64,000 nucleotides of DNA, from contig OZ024741.1 in the NCBI GenBank assembly GCA_964016885.1, positions 63,922,001 to 63,986,000 of the forward strand. The letters run 5' to 3'. Under the pieces are notes generated by a model. The model did no database searches. It saw nothing but the letters and a program-made list of their open reading frames with translations, and was not told where the DNA came from. The position numbers and the translations under genes were made by a program. This document shows positions 10,031 through 20,500 of this stretch, in pieces. How positions within the stretch are numbered: position 1 is the first letter of the stretch; each line of letters begins with the position of its first letter. This DNA comes from Eledone cirrhosa (lineage: Eukaryota).

Positions 10031-12632
10031 GTAAGTCAACAATAACTGCTAAATCAATACCACCCAAGGAGGAAGTGCAAGAATTCTGGGAAAAGATCTG
10101 GGCCAAAGAAAAAGTTCATAACATACATGCCCCATGGATAGACAGACAAATGAAAGAAACAGCTCACCTTGAAGAACAAACATGGGAAAATATAACAGTT
10201 GAACAGCTGCGCTTGGCTCTAAGAAAAACCAGCAAATGGACATCCCCAGGAAAAGACAAAATACAAAACTTTTGGATAAATGCCTTCACAGAGTCTCATG
10301 AGCTGTTAGCCCAACTTTACAATGAAATAGTTAAGGAGCCAGAAAAGATACTATCATGGCTAGTTAACGGCATTACATTCCTGCTACCGAAGAATGATGA
10401 GACAAACAATCCCAAAAATTACAGACCGATAACCTGCTTGACCACAATGTATAAAATTTTAACATCAGTCCTAACTGAATACACATATGACCACCTGATA
10501 ACAAATGACCTATTTCCCATTGAGCAGAAAGGGTGTAAACGAGGCTCATATGGCTGTAAGGATCAGCTTCTGGTTAACAAAATGATACTGGAAGATTGTC
10601 ATAATAGACACAAAAATCTATCGATTGCTTGGATAGATTATAAAAAAGCATTTGATAGTTTGCGACACAGTTGGATTGAAAAATGTTTAGAGATTTTCAA
10701 AATATCCCCCGTTATCAGGAGGTTTTTGTCATTCAGTATGAGGACATGGAAAACGACACTCCTTTTGAATAGTGAAACAAAATCACTGGAAGCTGGAGAA
10801 GTTAACATTAATTGTGGAATTTTTCAGGGTGACTCTTTATCACCGCTTTTATTCTGCATCGCACTTATACCATTAAGTAAAATGCTCAATGAAACAAAAC
10901 ATGGATATAGAGTCTATGACAAAACCATTAATCACCTGTTCTACATGGATGACCTGAAACTATTTGCAAAAAATGATGAACAATTGCAAGGGCTATTATC
11001 CACTGTGAAGCAGTTCAGTGATGACATTAAAATGGAGTTTGGACTGGATAAATGCGCCAAAGCAACGTTCACCAGAGGAAAGCTGCTGAAGAGTTCAGAC
11101 ATTAATCTTGATCGGGGGAACGTGATAAGAGAGCTTGATCAAGAACAAACTTACAAATATCGAGGTGTTTGTGAAGGAGACGGAATCAAGCACTCGACAA
11201 TGAGGGAAAGGATAAGGAAGGAATGTTACCGCAGAGTCAGAGCAATCTTAAGAACGGAATTGAATGCAAGGAATAGGATCGATGCCATAAACACGCTTGC
11301 CATACCAGTAGTAACCTACAGTTACAATGTCATCAACTGGTCAAGCACAGAGATCCGTAGGCTCGATACAAAAATTCGAAAATTCTTAACCATGCACAGA
11401 ATGCATCACCCTAAGGCAGACATAGATAGAATATATCTCCCTAGGAAAGAAGGAGGACGTGGGTTAATCCAGTTAGACATTGCGTTGAAAACTGCAACAA
11501 TTGGATTATCCACATATCTAAGGGAATCACATGATTGGATGATCAAACTCGTTTTGAAACACGAAAGCACCAAAAGATCATATTCCATTACAAAAGATGC
11601 ACAAAGATACAGTAATGGACTACAAATTTCAGAAGTCCCATTTACTGCTGAAATGGAAAACACAGAAAAAGCAAAGCAGGTAAAAGTAACTGCAAAGAAA
11701 GAACTGCTACAGAAACTGGCTAAGAAATGGCAAGAAAAGCCTCTGTATGGAAAATACCCAGAGCGAGCTAACAATCCTGATGTTGACAAAACTTTAACCC
11801 ATCAGTGGTTGGCATCCTCTGGACTGAAATCGGAGACTGAAGGACTGATTATATCCGCACAAGATCAGTGTCTGCCAACAAAAAATTACCAAGCCAACAT
11901 AATAAAAAATGGGTGCAGCCCATTATGCCGTGTATGCAAAAAACAACCAGAGACCATTGACCATATAATTTCAATGTGCAGTCCTATAGCTCCAACCGAA
12001 TACCTAAACAGGCATGACAGAGCTGCACAATACATACATTGGATAATGTGTAAGCATTTTGACCTGCCCCATCAAAAGAATTGGTGGGAGCATCAACCAC
12101 CTCCCATACTTGAAAAAGATCACATCTCAATCTTGTGGAACTTTAGCATCCAAACAGACCGAAAAATAGATGCAAATAGACCTGATATAATATTGAAGGA
12201 CTTTCAAAGGAGGGTATGCCTGCTAATTGATATGTCTGTTCCAATAGACAAGAATGTATCTATAAAAACATTTGAAAAATTGAGCAAGTATAAGGACCTG
12301 GAGATAGAAATTGGAAAAATGTGGAAATTGAGAACTAAAACAATACCAGTGGTTGTAGGCGCTCTGGGAATGATACCTAAGGGGTCTAACGACTACTTAT
12401 CGCAAATCCCAGGAAACCCGCGTATAGGAGAAATACAAAAGATAGTACTAATGGGAACTGCCCATATACTAAGGAAGATCCTGTCAATATAAGTACATCA
12501 CAAGTCTAAACACTAAGGATGCATGTGTGAATATGTGTGTTCTTTCTTGAACATGGCGGACCTTGTTGTCTCTTGAGGTCACTGGTTGTGACTTGGTGAT
12601 AACTCGTATAAACATAAAGCAAGATAAATGCA
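10029..12632 (+). mobile_element. R4/Dong-clade non-LTR retrotransposon, 5'-truncated, inserted in (TAA)n
   Basis: (AAT)n on both sides (10001-10028, 12632-12650); RT plus RLE ORF; short 3' UTR. Confidence 0.88.
10075..12492 (+). CDS. Reverse transcriptase + CCHC + restriction-like endonuclease ORF (805 aa, N-terminally truncated)
   Basis: NYRPITCL, WIDYKKAFDS, GIFQGDSLSP, FYMDD, CRVC..ETIDHIISMC, RHD, RPDI..D.SVP..K.SKY.DL. Confidence 0.92.
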   Translation: MQEFWEKIWAKEKVHNIHAPWIDRQMKETAHLEEQTWENITVEQLRLALRKTSKWTSPGKDKIQNFWINAFTESHELLAQLYNEIVKEPEKILSWLVNGITFLLPKNDETNNPKNYRPITCLTTMYKILTSVLTEYTYDHLITNDLFPIEQKGCKRGSYGCKDQLLVNKMILEDCHNRHKNLSIAWIDYKKAFDSLRHSWIEKCLEIFKISPVIRRFLSFSMRTWKTTLLLNSETKSLEAGEVNINCGIFQGDSLSPLLFCIALIPLSKMLNETKHGYRVYDKTINHLFYMDDLKLFAKNDEQLQGLLSTVKQFSDDIKMEFGLDKCAKATFTRGKLLKSSDINLDRGNVIRELDQEQTYKYRGVCEGDGIKHSTMRERIRKECYRRVRAILRTELNARNRIDAINTLAIPVVTYSYNVINWSSTEIRRLDTKIRKFLTMHRMHHPKADIDRIYLPRKEGGRGLIQLDIALKTATIGLSTYLRESHDWMIKLVLKHESTKRSYSITKDAQRYSNGLQISEVPFTAEMENTEKAKQVKVTAKKELLQKLAKKWQEKPLYGKYPERANNPDVDKTLTHQWLASSGLKSETEGLIISAQDQCLPTKNYQANIIKNGCSPLCRVCKKQPETIDHIISMCSPIAPTEYLNRHDRAAQYIHWIMCKHFDLPHQKNWWEHQPPPILEKDHISILWNFSIQTDRKIDANRPDIILKDFQRRVCLLIDMSVPIDKNVSIKTFEKLSKYKDLEIEIGKMWKLRTKTIPVVVGALGMIPKGSNDYLSQIPGNPRIGEIQKIVLMGTAHILRKILSI

Positions 12633-12654
12633 AATAATAATAATAATAAATAAA

Positions 12655-12704
<50 letters not shown>

Positions 12705-12894
12705 GATAAATCTACCAAAAGTTTACGGTAGTGTCCAATCCGTATGAAGAACTCAATGTAATCCGGATATCATGAAAAGAGAAGATGCATTCAAAAACTA
12801 CTTTCGGTGAAAAATAAACGGAAAACAGAGTCAAGATAAATTATTAAAAAAATAATGAATAAACAAAGAAACAGTTCCTTATATTAAAAATAAT

Positions 12895-13036
12895 TCATTA
12901 TTTTACGATCGTTTCTAGGATATATATGTGTTAGAATTGGTATGCATATTCTATAGATCTATGTACAATATTTATACAAACTATCAGAGGGAATATACAT
13001 ACCTTCACATATATATGCTGTCTTCAGAAATAATGA
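12895..13036 (-). ncRNA. Type-I hammerhead motif with ~105-nt stem II (minus copy)
   Basis: Reverse complement of 13314-13455. Confidence 0.7.
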
Positions 13037-13313
13037 TACTTGTTTATTGATGAGAACAAAGATTCAATAAAAATGAACAAACAAAATTATTTCTGAGGTC
13101 AACATATGACCTACTTCTTCCCTAAAGTAATCCTTCATTCATAATACTCTTTTCCATCCAAAACTGAAATCTACCTTCCTCTACCCATAATTTAACGTTC
13201 TTCTAATACTGTATCACTATCTTGACCCTCGCTATCTCCTGATTGGTCAATTCAAAACCTGTTCCCAAACAGACATATTGTATTGAATCTTTGTTCTCAT
13301 CAATAAACAAGTA

Positions 13314-13455
13314 TCATTATTTCTGAAGACAGCATATATATGTGAAGGTATGTATATTCCCTCTGATAGTTTGTATAAATATTGTACATAGATCTATAGA
13401 ATATGCATACCAATTCTAACACATATATATCCTAGAAACGATCGTAAAATAATGA
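13314..13455 (+). ncRNA. Type-I hammerhead motif with ~105-nt stem II (plus copy)
   Basis: Stem I tcattattt/aaataatga; CTGAAGA 13323-13329; stem II atatatatgtg/cacatatatat and ggtatgtatattc/gaatatgcatacc; GAAA 13435-13438; C-GATC-G; GTA 13444-13446. Confidence 0.72.
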
Positions 13456-13508
13456 ATTTTTTTTAATATAAGCAACTGTTTCTTTGTTTATTCATTATTT
13501 TTTTAATA

Positions 13509-13511
<3 letters not shown>

Positions 13512-13555
<44 letters not shown>

Positions 13556-13590
13556 CATTCATATATACATACACACATACATACACATAC

Positions 13591-13621
<31 letters not shown>

Positions 13622-13629
13622 TTAATAAC

Positions 13630-13666
<37 letters not shown>

Positions 13667-13745
13667 GCAATAATAATAATAACGACAACAACAATAATAA
13701 TATACATATTCATATATATATACACACACACGCACGCTCATAAGC

Positions 13746-13783
<38 letters not shown>
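13512..13783. repeat. Compound microsatellite (TA)n-(CA)n-(AAT)n-(CA)n
   Basis: Read directly. Confidence 0.95.
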
Positions 13784-13785
<2 letters not shown>

Positions 13786-13791
13786 TAACAA

Positions 13792-15423
13792 CTAACAGTG
13801 CTGCGATCGAATGTGGCTTTTTAGCCCAGCCAATGATCTACAATGTCTTGCACAGAGTCGGCAACCAAAACATTCACTGGGAATAGTCGGCTGTGGTTGG
13901 AGTTCGTGTACTTTTGCATGTCGCTTGAGCCCTCCTGCTGATTTACATTCTCTACCACATGTTTGGCAAGCATGATGAGTAGCATCTCCAACAGCAGCCT
14001 GGTAGTCAACCACTGGTCTTACTTTATGACTGCGAAGATGACTTTCGAGTCCAGCTTTGCTTAGGCAGAGTCTCGCACAGACGCTGCATGTCAGCACCAT
14101 AGGAGGACCCTCGCCGTCTGGAAGTGCAACAGCAATGCCCTTCCTCATATCCCGCTTTACTTTCTCGTGTGCGATTCGAGATGCCTCAAAGGCAACTTTT
14201 CCCTCATATACAGTCTTTCTCCATTTATTACGATCAGCAGCAATATTTTCCCATGTATCAGCAGAGATGTTAGCGTCTTTCAGAGAGGCTTTCAAGGAAT
14301 CCTTATACCTCTTTTTTGGTTTATGTGGCGGTCGTTTTCCTTTAACCAACTCTCCATAGAAGAGTTGTTTTGGTATTCTAGAATCCTTCATCCTGGCAAG
14401 GTGACCACTCCAACGGAGTCGTTGCTTAAGCACAAGAGCTTCTATACTGTCACACATAGAGCTTTCCAAAATCTCGACATCACTGATGTGGTCCCTCCAG
14501 TGAACGCCATGGATCCGTCTGAGACACATCTGATGGAAACGCTCCAATTGCTTAAGGTGGTGTCGATATGTGACCCAGGTCTCGCAGGCATAAAGAAGAC
14601 AAGAGAGTACACATGCCCTGTACACCTTTACCTTTGTCCTCCTGCATATGTCTCGCCGACCCCAGAGTTGCCTTTCTAGCTTTCCGAAAGCATCACTTGC
14701 TTTCCTAATCCTAAGTGAGATTTCACTGTCAAGGTTGCCGTATCGATTGACAGTGCTTCCCAGGTAGACAAACTGATCAACCACTCCAAGTCGTTTGCCA
14801 TACACATAGATGTTTGGTTCAATGTACTGCTTACTAGGGGCAGGTTGGTACATGACGACGGTTTTCTTGAGACTGACAGTCAAACCCAGGGCAGTGCAAG
14901 CGTCAGAAAATGCATTCAAAATGTGCTGCATATCACTCTCTGTGTGCGCTACAAGATCGCAATCATCTGCATACAAGAGGTCTCTTATGATTGATGTAAA
15001 TAATTTTGTCTTCGGAGCAAAGCGCCTGGTGTTAAATATGCTGCCTGAGGTTCGATATCGGATGTAAACACCATGCTCGCAATTCCTGAATGCAATACAG
15101 AAAACCATTGCAAAGTATATGGCAAACAGGGTCGGTGCTGGAATATCCCCCTGTTTCACTCCATTTTTTACTGAGATAGGATCCGACATGTTACCTCCGA
15201 CATTAACCCAAGCCTTCATGTCGTCATGGAAAGACCTAACTAAAGCAAGGAACTTATCAGGGCAACCAAGTTTCTGGAGAACCTTCCATAATGCCTCTCT
15301 GTTGACAGTATCGAAAGCCTTTGTCAGATCGACAAAAACCTGATACAGATCCAAGGCTTGTTCAATGCACTTCTCCTGGAGCTGTCTAGCTGAGAAGATC
15401 ATATCAGTAGTGCCGCGTCCAGC
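13792..15423 (-). CDS. RTE-clade LINE ORF, 5'-truncated (RT + three C-terminal C2H2 zinc fingers), uninterrupted
   Basis: GRGTTDMIF, FVDLTKAFDTV, GVKQGD, LYADD, RLRWSGH; CSVC..H..H, CQTC..H..H, CRLC..H..H. The MYVC N-terminus in the ORF track is just the (TATG)n microsatellite. Confidence 0.92.
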   Translation of the reverse strand, partial: AGRGTTDMIFSARQLQEKCIEQALDLYQVFVDLTKAFDTVNREALWKVLQKLGCPDKFLALVRSFHDDMKAWVNVGGNMSDPISVKNGVKQGDIPAPTLFAIYFAMVFCIAFRNCEHGVYIRYRTSGSIFNTRRFAPKTKLFTSIIRDLLYADDCDLVAHTESDMQHILNAFSDACTALGLTVSLKKTVVMYQPAPSKQYIEPNIYVYGKRLGVVDQFVYLGSTVNRYGNLDSEISLRIRKASDAFGKLERQLWGRRDICRRTKVKVYRACVLSCLLYACETWVTYRHHLKQLERFHQMCLRRIHGVHWRDHISDVEILESSMCDSIEALVLKQRLRWSGHLARMKDSRIPKQLFYGELVKGKRPPHKPKKRYKDSLKASLKDANISADTWENIAADRNKWRKTVYEGKVAFEASRIAHEKVKRDMRKGIAVALPDGEGPPMVLTCSVCARLCLSKAGLESHLRSHKVRPVVDYQAAVGDATHHACQTCGRECKSAGGLKRHAKVHELQPQPTIPSECFGCRLCARHCRSLAGLKSHIRSQHC

Positions 15424-15525
15424 ACATACATACATACATACATACATACATACATACATACATACATACATACATACATACATACATACATACATACATA
15501 CATACATACATACATACATACATAC
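15424..15525. repeat. (CATA)n microsatellite between two divergently oriented LINEs
   Basis: Read directly. Confidence 0.97.
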
Positions 15526-16827
15526 TTGAAACGTAAGCAGGAAGGCAGAGGCCTAACATCAGTCCAGACAACATTTGAATGTCGCATCATATCTCTCCGA
15601 CAACATCTACGAACCTCGAAGCGTAGGAGCCTGCTTCTCGAGCAAGTCTATCTGCAAGAAACAGATAAGATCATGAGAGCTGGGAAGGAACTCCTTGAGA
15701 GATATTCCCCGTGTGATAATCAAAAACTCACACCCAGGGATGTCGCTCAGCAGTATCGCAGTGAATCCATGGATGAAAAACTGCATGCCTATCATCAAAA
15801 AATCATGCATGGATATGTTGCCAGAAAGCTCCAGAGTGAGAGTAATATAGATAAGGAAAGTAGTCTATCTTGGACCAACAACCGCTATATTGGCTCCCAC
15901 TTTGAAGGATACGCTTTTGCAATCCAAGAACAGGAGATTAGCACGAAATACTTGATTCACAAAAGAGATAGGGATGCAGGCAAAACACCTAGATGTGATA
16001 ACAAGTGCAGACTCTGCAGAACTAACATCGAGGATATCAGCCATGTCATCAACAGCTGTCCAAATATGTCATCGCGGTACTATCTACCTATAAGGCATGA
16101 TGTAGTGGCCAAAACACTGTACAATGCAGTTCGTAAAAAAGATATCCCCGATAATAAACACATTAAAAGCTACAACAATGTGGAAGACATCCATGTACAT
16201 AATATGAAAGAGTACTGGTGGAATGTTCCAGTAAAAACCCCAATAAAATCCAGGCATAACAGACCAGATATTATGATATGGGATAGGGAGAAGAAAACAT
16301 GCACAGTAGTGGAAATTAGCTGCCCAGCAGATGCCAATATAATATCAAGGATTAGTGAAAAGGAGAATATTTATGCATAACTGATGAGAAATCTGCAGAT
16401 ACTCCACCTTGATTACACCTTCAGATTTATGCTGGTGATTATTGGGGCACTGGGGTATGTTAGTAACTGCCTCAATACAAATCTTGAGAAGCTGGGCTTC
16501 ACAGGAACAGAAAGAATACAAATAGTTAGGAAACTACAAGTACAATCCATTAATGGAACAGTAAAAATATGTAAAACATTCCAAAAATGTTGCATCTAAT
16601 AACTGCATATACACATGTACAGATACAAAGCATATTCACATGCACACATACAACTCAAAACATCCACATCCACACAATAACATCCATATCTACACATGCA
16701 TGCATACATACACATCTACCTAGTTGATGTTGTGTAAATTCCAATGAGAGAGTCTTGTGTCTATGTTAGAAACCGACTCTCTCTCTCTCTATTAGTAAAA
16801 CTTTGTGAAATTATAAAACCAGAAGAA
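15526..16827 (+). mobile_element. RLE-type (R4/Dong-like) non-LTR element, 3' portion, one in-frame stop, (CATA)n flanks
   Basis: EGRGL, CRLC..EDISHVINSC, RHD, HNRPDIMIWD, VEISCP. Stop at 16378-16380, then the frame continues to 16599. The 3' UTR ends agaagaa(cata)n. Confidence 0.88.
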
Positions 16828-16839
16828 CATACATACATA

Positions 16840-17560
16840 CACGATGACTGTCCCCTCGTTATCGAGTATGACCATTGCACGATATAACATTATTAGTAAT
16901 TATCAATTAATGCTATCGTGCAATGCCTGTGCGTGAAGATTCTTTTTAAATTGAGGAAAGACTGTGCACTGAGCCAATCCCACTCTCTGAGCGACAGTAG
17001 CTGTAATCGAAAAGAAGAAAAGATCAACATCATCGGTAACTACCGAGCCACAGGTTTTATGTCGGAGTTATCCCAGTTTCCTGAGTTGCCTTCTCCTAGA
17101 AGAATGCCCTGGCAAAGGCTAGGGGTCCTTCACTCCCAGTGGTTTAACCGCGCGATCGTGTATCCAGTCATGTGTCGGGTCACTCTTGAGTACTACTGGT
17201 AACATGTAACCCAGTACAACCTGTCACGTGGTCGGGACGTCGGCGACTAAACTGGCAACCCCACCAAGTTGGTGGGGTCGGTGATTTTGGGCACCCTGCA
17301 GGACAAAAAACAAAACATGACAAAGGGCGGAAGAACTCATAAGAGTCAACGGTCATCCAAAAATGTATAAATATGTATATACATGTATATACATATTTAT
17401 ACATTTTTGGATGGCCGTTGACTCTTATGATTACGTCCGCTCTTTGTCATGTTTTGTTTTTTGTCCTGCAGGGTGTCCAAAATCACCGTCCTCACCAAGT
17501 AAACTTGGTGGGGTTGCCAGTTTAGTCGCCGACGACCCGACCACGTGACAGGTTATACTT
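16840..17560. mobile_element. Second non-autonomous RTE-derived element with inverted/palindromic 5' region
   Basis: 16840-17177 (minus) is homologous to the 8.3-9.9 kb units. 17178-17383 (plus) and 17384-17560 (minus) are inverted copies of the 5' region homologous to 9720-9900. Confidence 0.75.
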
Positions 17561-18971
17561 GGGGAGGATCATATTGTTATAATATTGCCAGAAATAGTAA
17601 CAGAACACACTCACTGTTTGGTTTGGATTGGTTTTCCCTTCTGTATGTTTTATATCTCCATAGTTAATTTATCTGGCAATCAATGTTTATCATTGATTGA
17701 CCAACGGTTAAAAATACAGATATTAACATATATATAGTCTATCAAAATTATTTCGTCACACATATATGACATCATCAGTGGTACTATTATGTTTCCTCTC
17801 GTTGTATTGTAATGCCTACGCCATTTTTATTTTATTTATTTATACATTTCTTCTTGTCTCTGTATATACATGTATGCATGTGTATGTATATACGCGGGGA
17901 CATAGAAATAATTGGGCTGGATACATACATACATGTACATCTGCGCGCGTCGGTCTCCTTTTTTTAAGCAGCATTATTGACTCCTTTTTTTAAGAAGCAT
18001 TATTTTATGTAGATACAGTAGAACAATTGCAAAACGATTTATATTACTGATCATTGACGTTGTATGGGAAATGTATCGTAAATTAGGTAGAGCATAGTTA
18101 CGTTCCACTTACTGCAAGAGAAACTCTAAATTATTATATGTTTGCATATTGTCCATTCAGCTTCAACATTCATTTATTATTTTATATAATCTGTCTATGT
18201 GGATGATATGAGATTAATTTTACCAAGACAAATATATATACATTTTCTTTATTTCTTTATTCATATTTTGCTATATTCCAATACATATCGTTATAGAGTA
18301 GGTGATGATGTGGCGGACTCGTTAGTACGTCAGACAATATGCTTTGCAGTATTCATTCCGGCTCTTTGTACTCTGAATCTAATTCTACTGCGTTAAAGTT
18401 GGCTTTAGAAGTGGATAAAAAAAGTACAAGACCTGAGTCGATTCTTCTTCATATCTCTTTCTCACTTCTTCTCTTCCCCATCTCTGCCTGTCTCTCTTTC
18501 TCTTTCTCTCTCTCTGCCTCTCGCTCTCTCTCATTCTTTCTCCTTCTGTGCAAGAAATCAGCTGTATTCCTACCTAGAGAGAGATGGGTTCCTTAGATTT
18601 AAAACCTCACTGCAACGTCCCTAGAACTCCATCAATTGTTACGGGTCCATACTCGCATACATCGTTATGGCAGATATTATATATATTCTTTTATAAACCC
18701 ATTTGACCTCATCAATGTGCAGTTTGTTTCAGAAATGTTACAATCGATCGATTTACATATTGTAAAGTTCGTGACATTACGATGACTCTGAACTTGAAGA
18801 CACGTAACTGTTGATGTTTCGATAATCTCCTTTACATCATGAAAATAAACTGAGCAAAGTCTAGGAAAATACGTTTTATGTTAATGTGTGGACATGTCAA
18901 TTCCATGAATACTTTTAGAATCCAAGTAGAAATTGCAACAATTTTTTAAAATAATTTCTTTGGAAAAGATA

Positions 18972-19110
18972 ATTGTTTCTACTTTAGGCACAAGGCCAGC
19001 AATTATCCAGTGCATTACTGGAACTTTATTTTATCTACCCCGTAAGGATGAAAGGCAAAGTCAACCTCGGCGGGATTTGAACTCAGATCGTAAAGGGACC
19101 TAACTATGCT
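18972..19110 (-). mobile_element. tRNA-derived SINE (main family), 5'-truncated
   Basis: Reverse complement of the consensus ctgagttcaaatcccgccgaggtt.actttgcctttcatccttacgggg...gtagaaacaatt. Confidence 0.85.
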
Positions 19111-19715
19111 TTGGAAAAGATAATGATGTCAAACATGAGACACGATGTCCCCTGCTTATAATTATACAAATAAAAATCGTTTTTACTGCTGTTATTTTGT
19201 TGTTGTTGTTGTTGTTTAACAACAGTTCAGCCCCGATCGAACATGTCTGAAGATATTCAAGTTATCCTAATTTTGAGAAATAGCGTAACCAAATTATATT
19301 ATCCAATATAACCTGTTTTGAGAGGGCAGAAATAGAAGTCATATTTCTCTAGTTTAAGTAATATATGGCTCCCATTTCTAGCAGATCAGGTGAGCACTTT
19401 GAACCAATAGGTTTTATATTTTTTAAACATTGACGGTACTTTATTACTTATCTTAAGCAATGTCTTTTCCGACCTTAGGAAATATGAACCAAATTTTTTG
19501 TCAATGGTTCCTGTAACAGCCTGGCTATTCCACACAGAGAAATGTTTATCTCTTTCCTGCTTAATGATCTGAAGCCAGAATGAAGTTATGAGTTTTAATG
19601 CGTCTGTTGAGTGTCTAGATGACATTTACATAACAATTCACTGACATCGTTTGTCGCCTTCATTGCGCAATGGGATAAAGGAAAGTATTTCTAATGCTAG
19701 CGTTTTATTATAATT

Positions 19716-19906
19716 GCGGTGGATTGGCAGTATCGGTAGAGGGTCGGACACCATGCTTTCCAGCATAGTTACGTCTCTTTACGGCCTGAGTTCAAATCTC
19801 GCCGAGGTTAACTTTGCCTTTCATCCTTACGGGGTCGATAAAATAAAGTACCAGTAATACACTGGGATAATTGCTGGCCTTGTGCCAAAAGTAGAAACAA
19901 TTATTA
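19716..19906 (+). mobile_element. tRNA-derived SINE (main family)
   Basis: Box A-like tggcagtatcggtag, box B gagttcaaatc, central gcctttcatccttacggggtcgataaaataaagtacc, (ATT)n tail. Confidence 0.9.
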
Positions 19907-20199
19907 TAATTGCTGTGATGTTCATGTATCATACGGATAAGATGGTTCACAAACTAAGCATACTGCCTCCCAATGACTCATCGATCATGTCAATAGGAGA
20001 GCATTAACAAAAGATATTCATTTAATACGAAATAAAAGAACATATGGGTGTAAAATATATACTTTATTCATATTAAACATAAGATTATTAATAAGTGTAT
20101 GAACCAATGCTCTTCATGTGCTCTAGTGTTTCCTTTTCATTGCTTTTTTGTATCGATGACTTCTATCAGTTTCGAGGATGAGTGTTCTAATTGTTCGTT

Positions 20200-20500
20200 C
20201 AGAAGAACACCCTGCTCGTGAATTTAACGTGTGCGTGGCTGCACACCCCACAGATACGTGTGCCACTAACGTAATTCTCAATAAGATTTAGCGAGATAGT
20301 TTGTGACAAGGATGGCGTTTGAATTACGGGTAGATTCCATCCAACGGGCTTCCAAACAGTTTCTGTCTACCCAAATTCTCTCGAAAGTAATGGGTCGATC
20401 CGAGATCATGTTAAAGGACACTTGCTCACGATGCCACTGTGATTGATTGAATCCGGCACCTATTATTGCGAAGCGAACTTTTTAACCATTCGTTCATGCT
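20200..20500 (-). mobile_element. Old SINE fragments
   Basis: Homologous to 2225-2440; tRNA-like head remnant at ~20440-20500. Confidence 0.5.

Larger units (their letters stand above)
12703..13514. mobile_element. Retrozyme/Penelope-like element with ~234-bp inverted arms, flanked by (TA)n
   Basis: Arms 12836-13069 and 13281-13514 are reverse complements with ~2 mismatches, separated by a 211-bp spacer. Each arm holds a hammerhead motif. Confidence 0.78.

Noticed and set aside
18760-18845. Eroded tgatg...cgaaac hammerhead-like text on the minus strand
   Set aside because: Core and stems are too degenerate to support.
19240-19292. CTGAAGA...GAAA..GTA
   Set aside because: Stems I and III do not pair.
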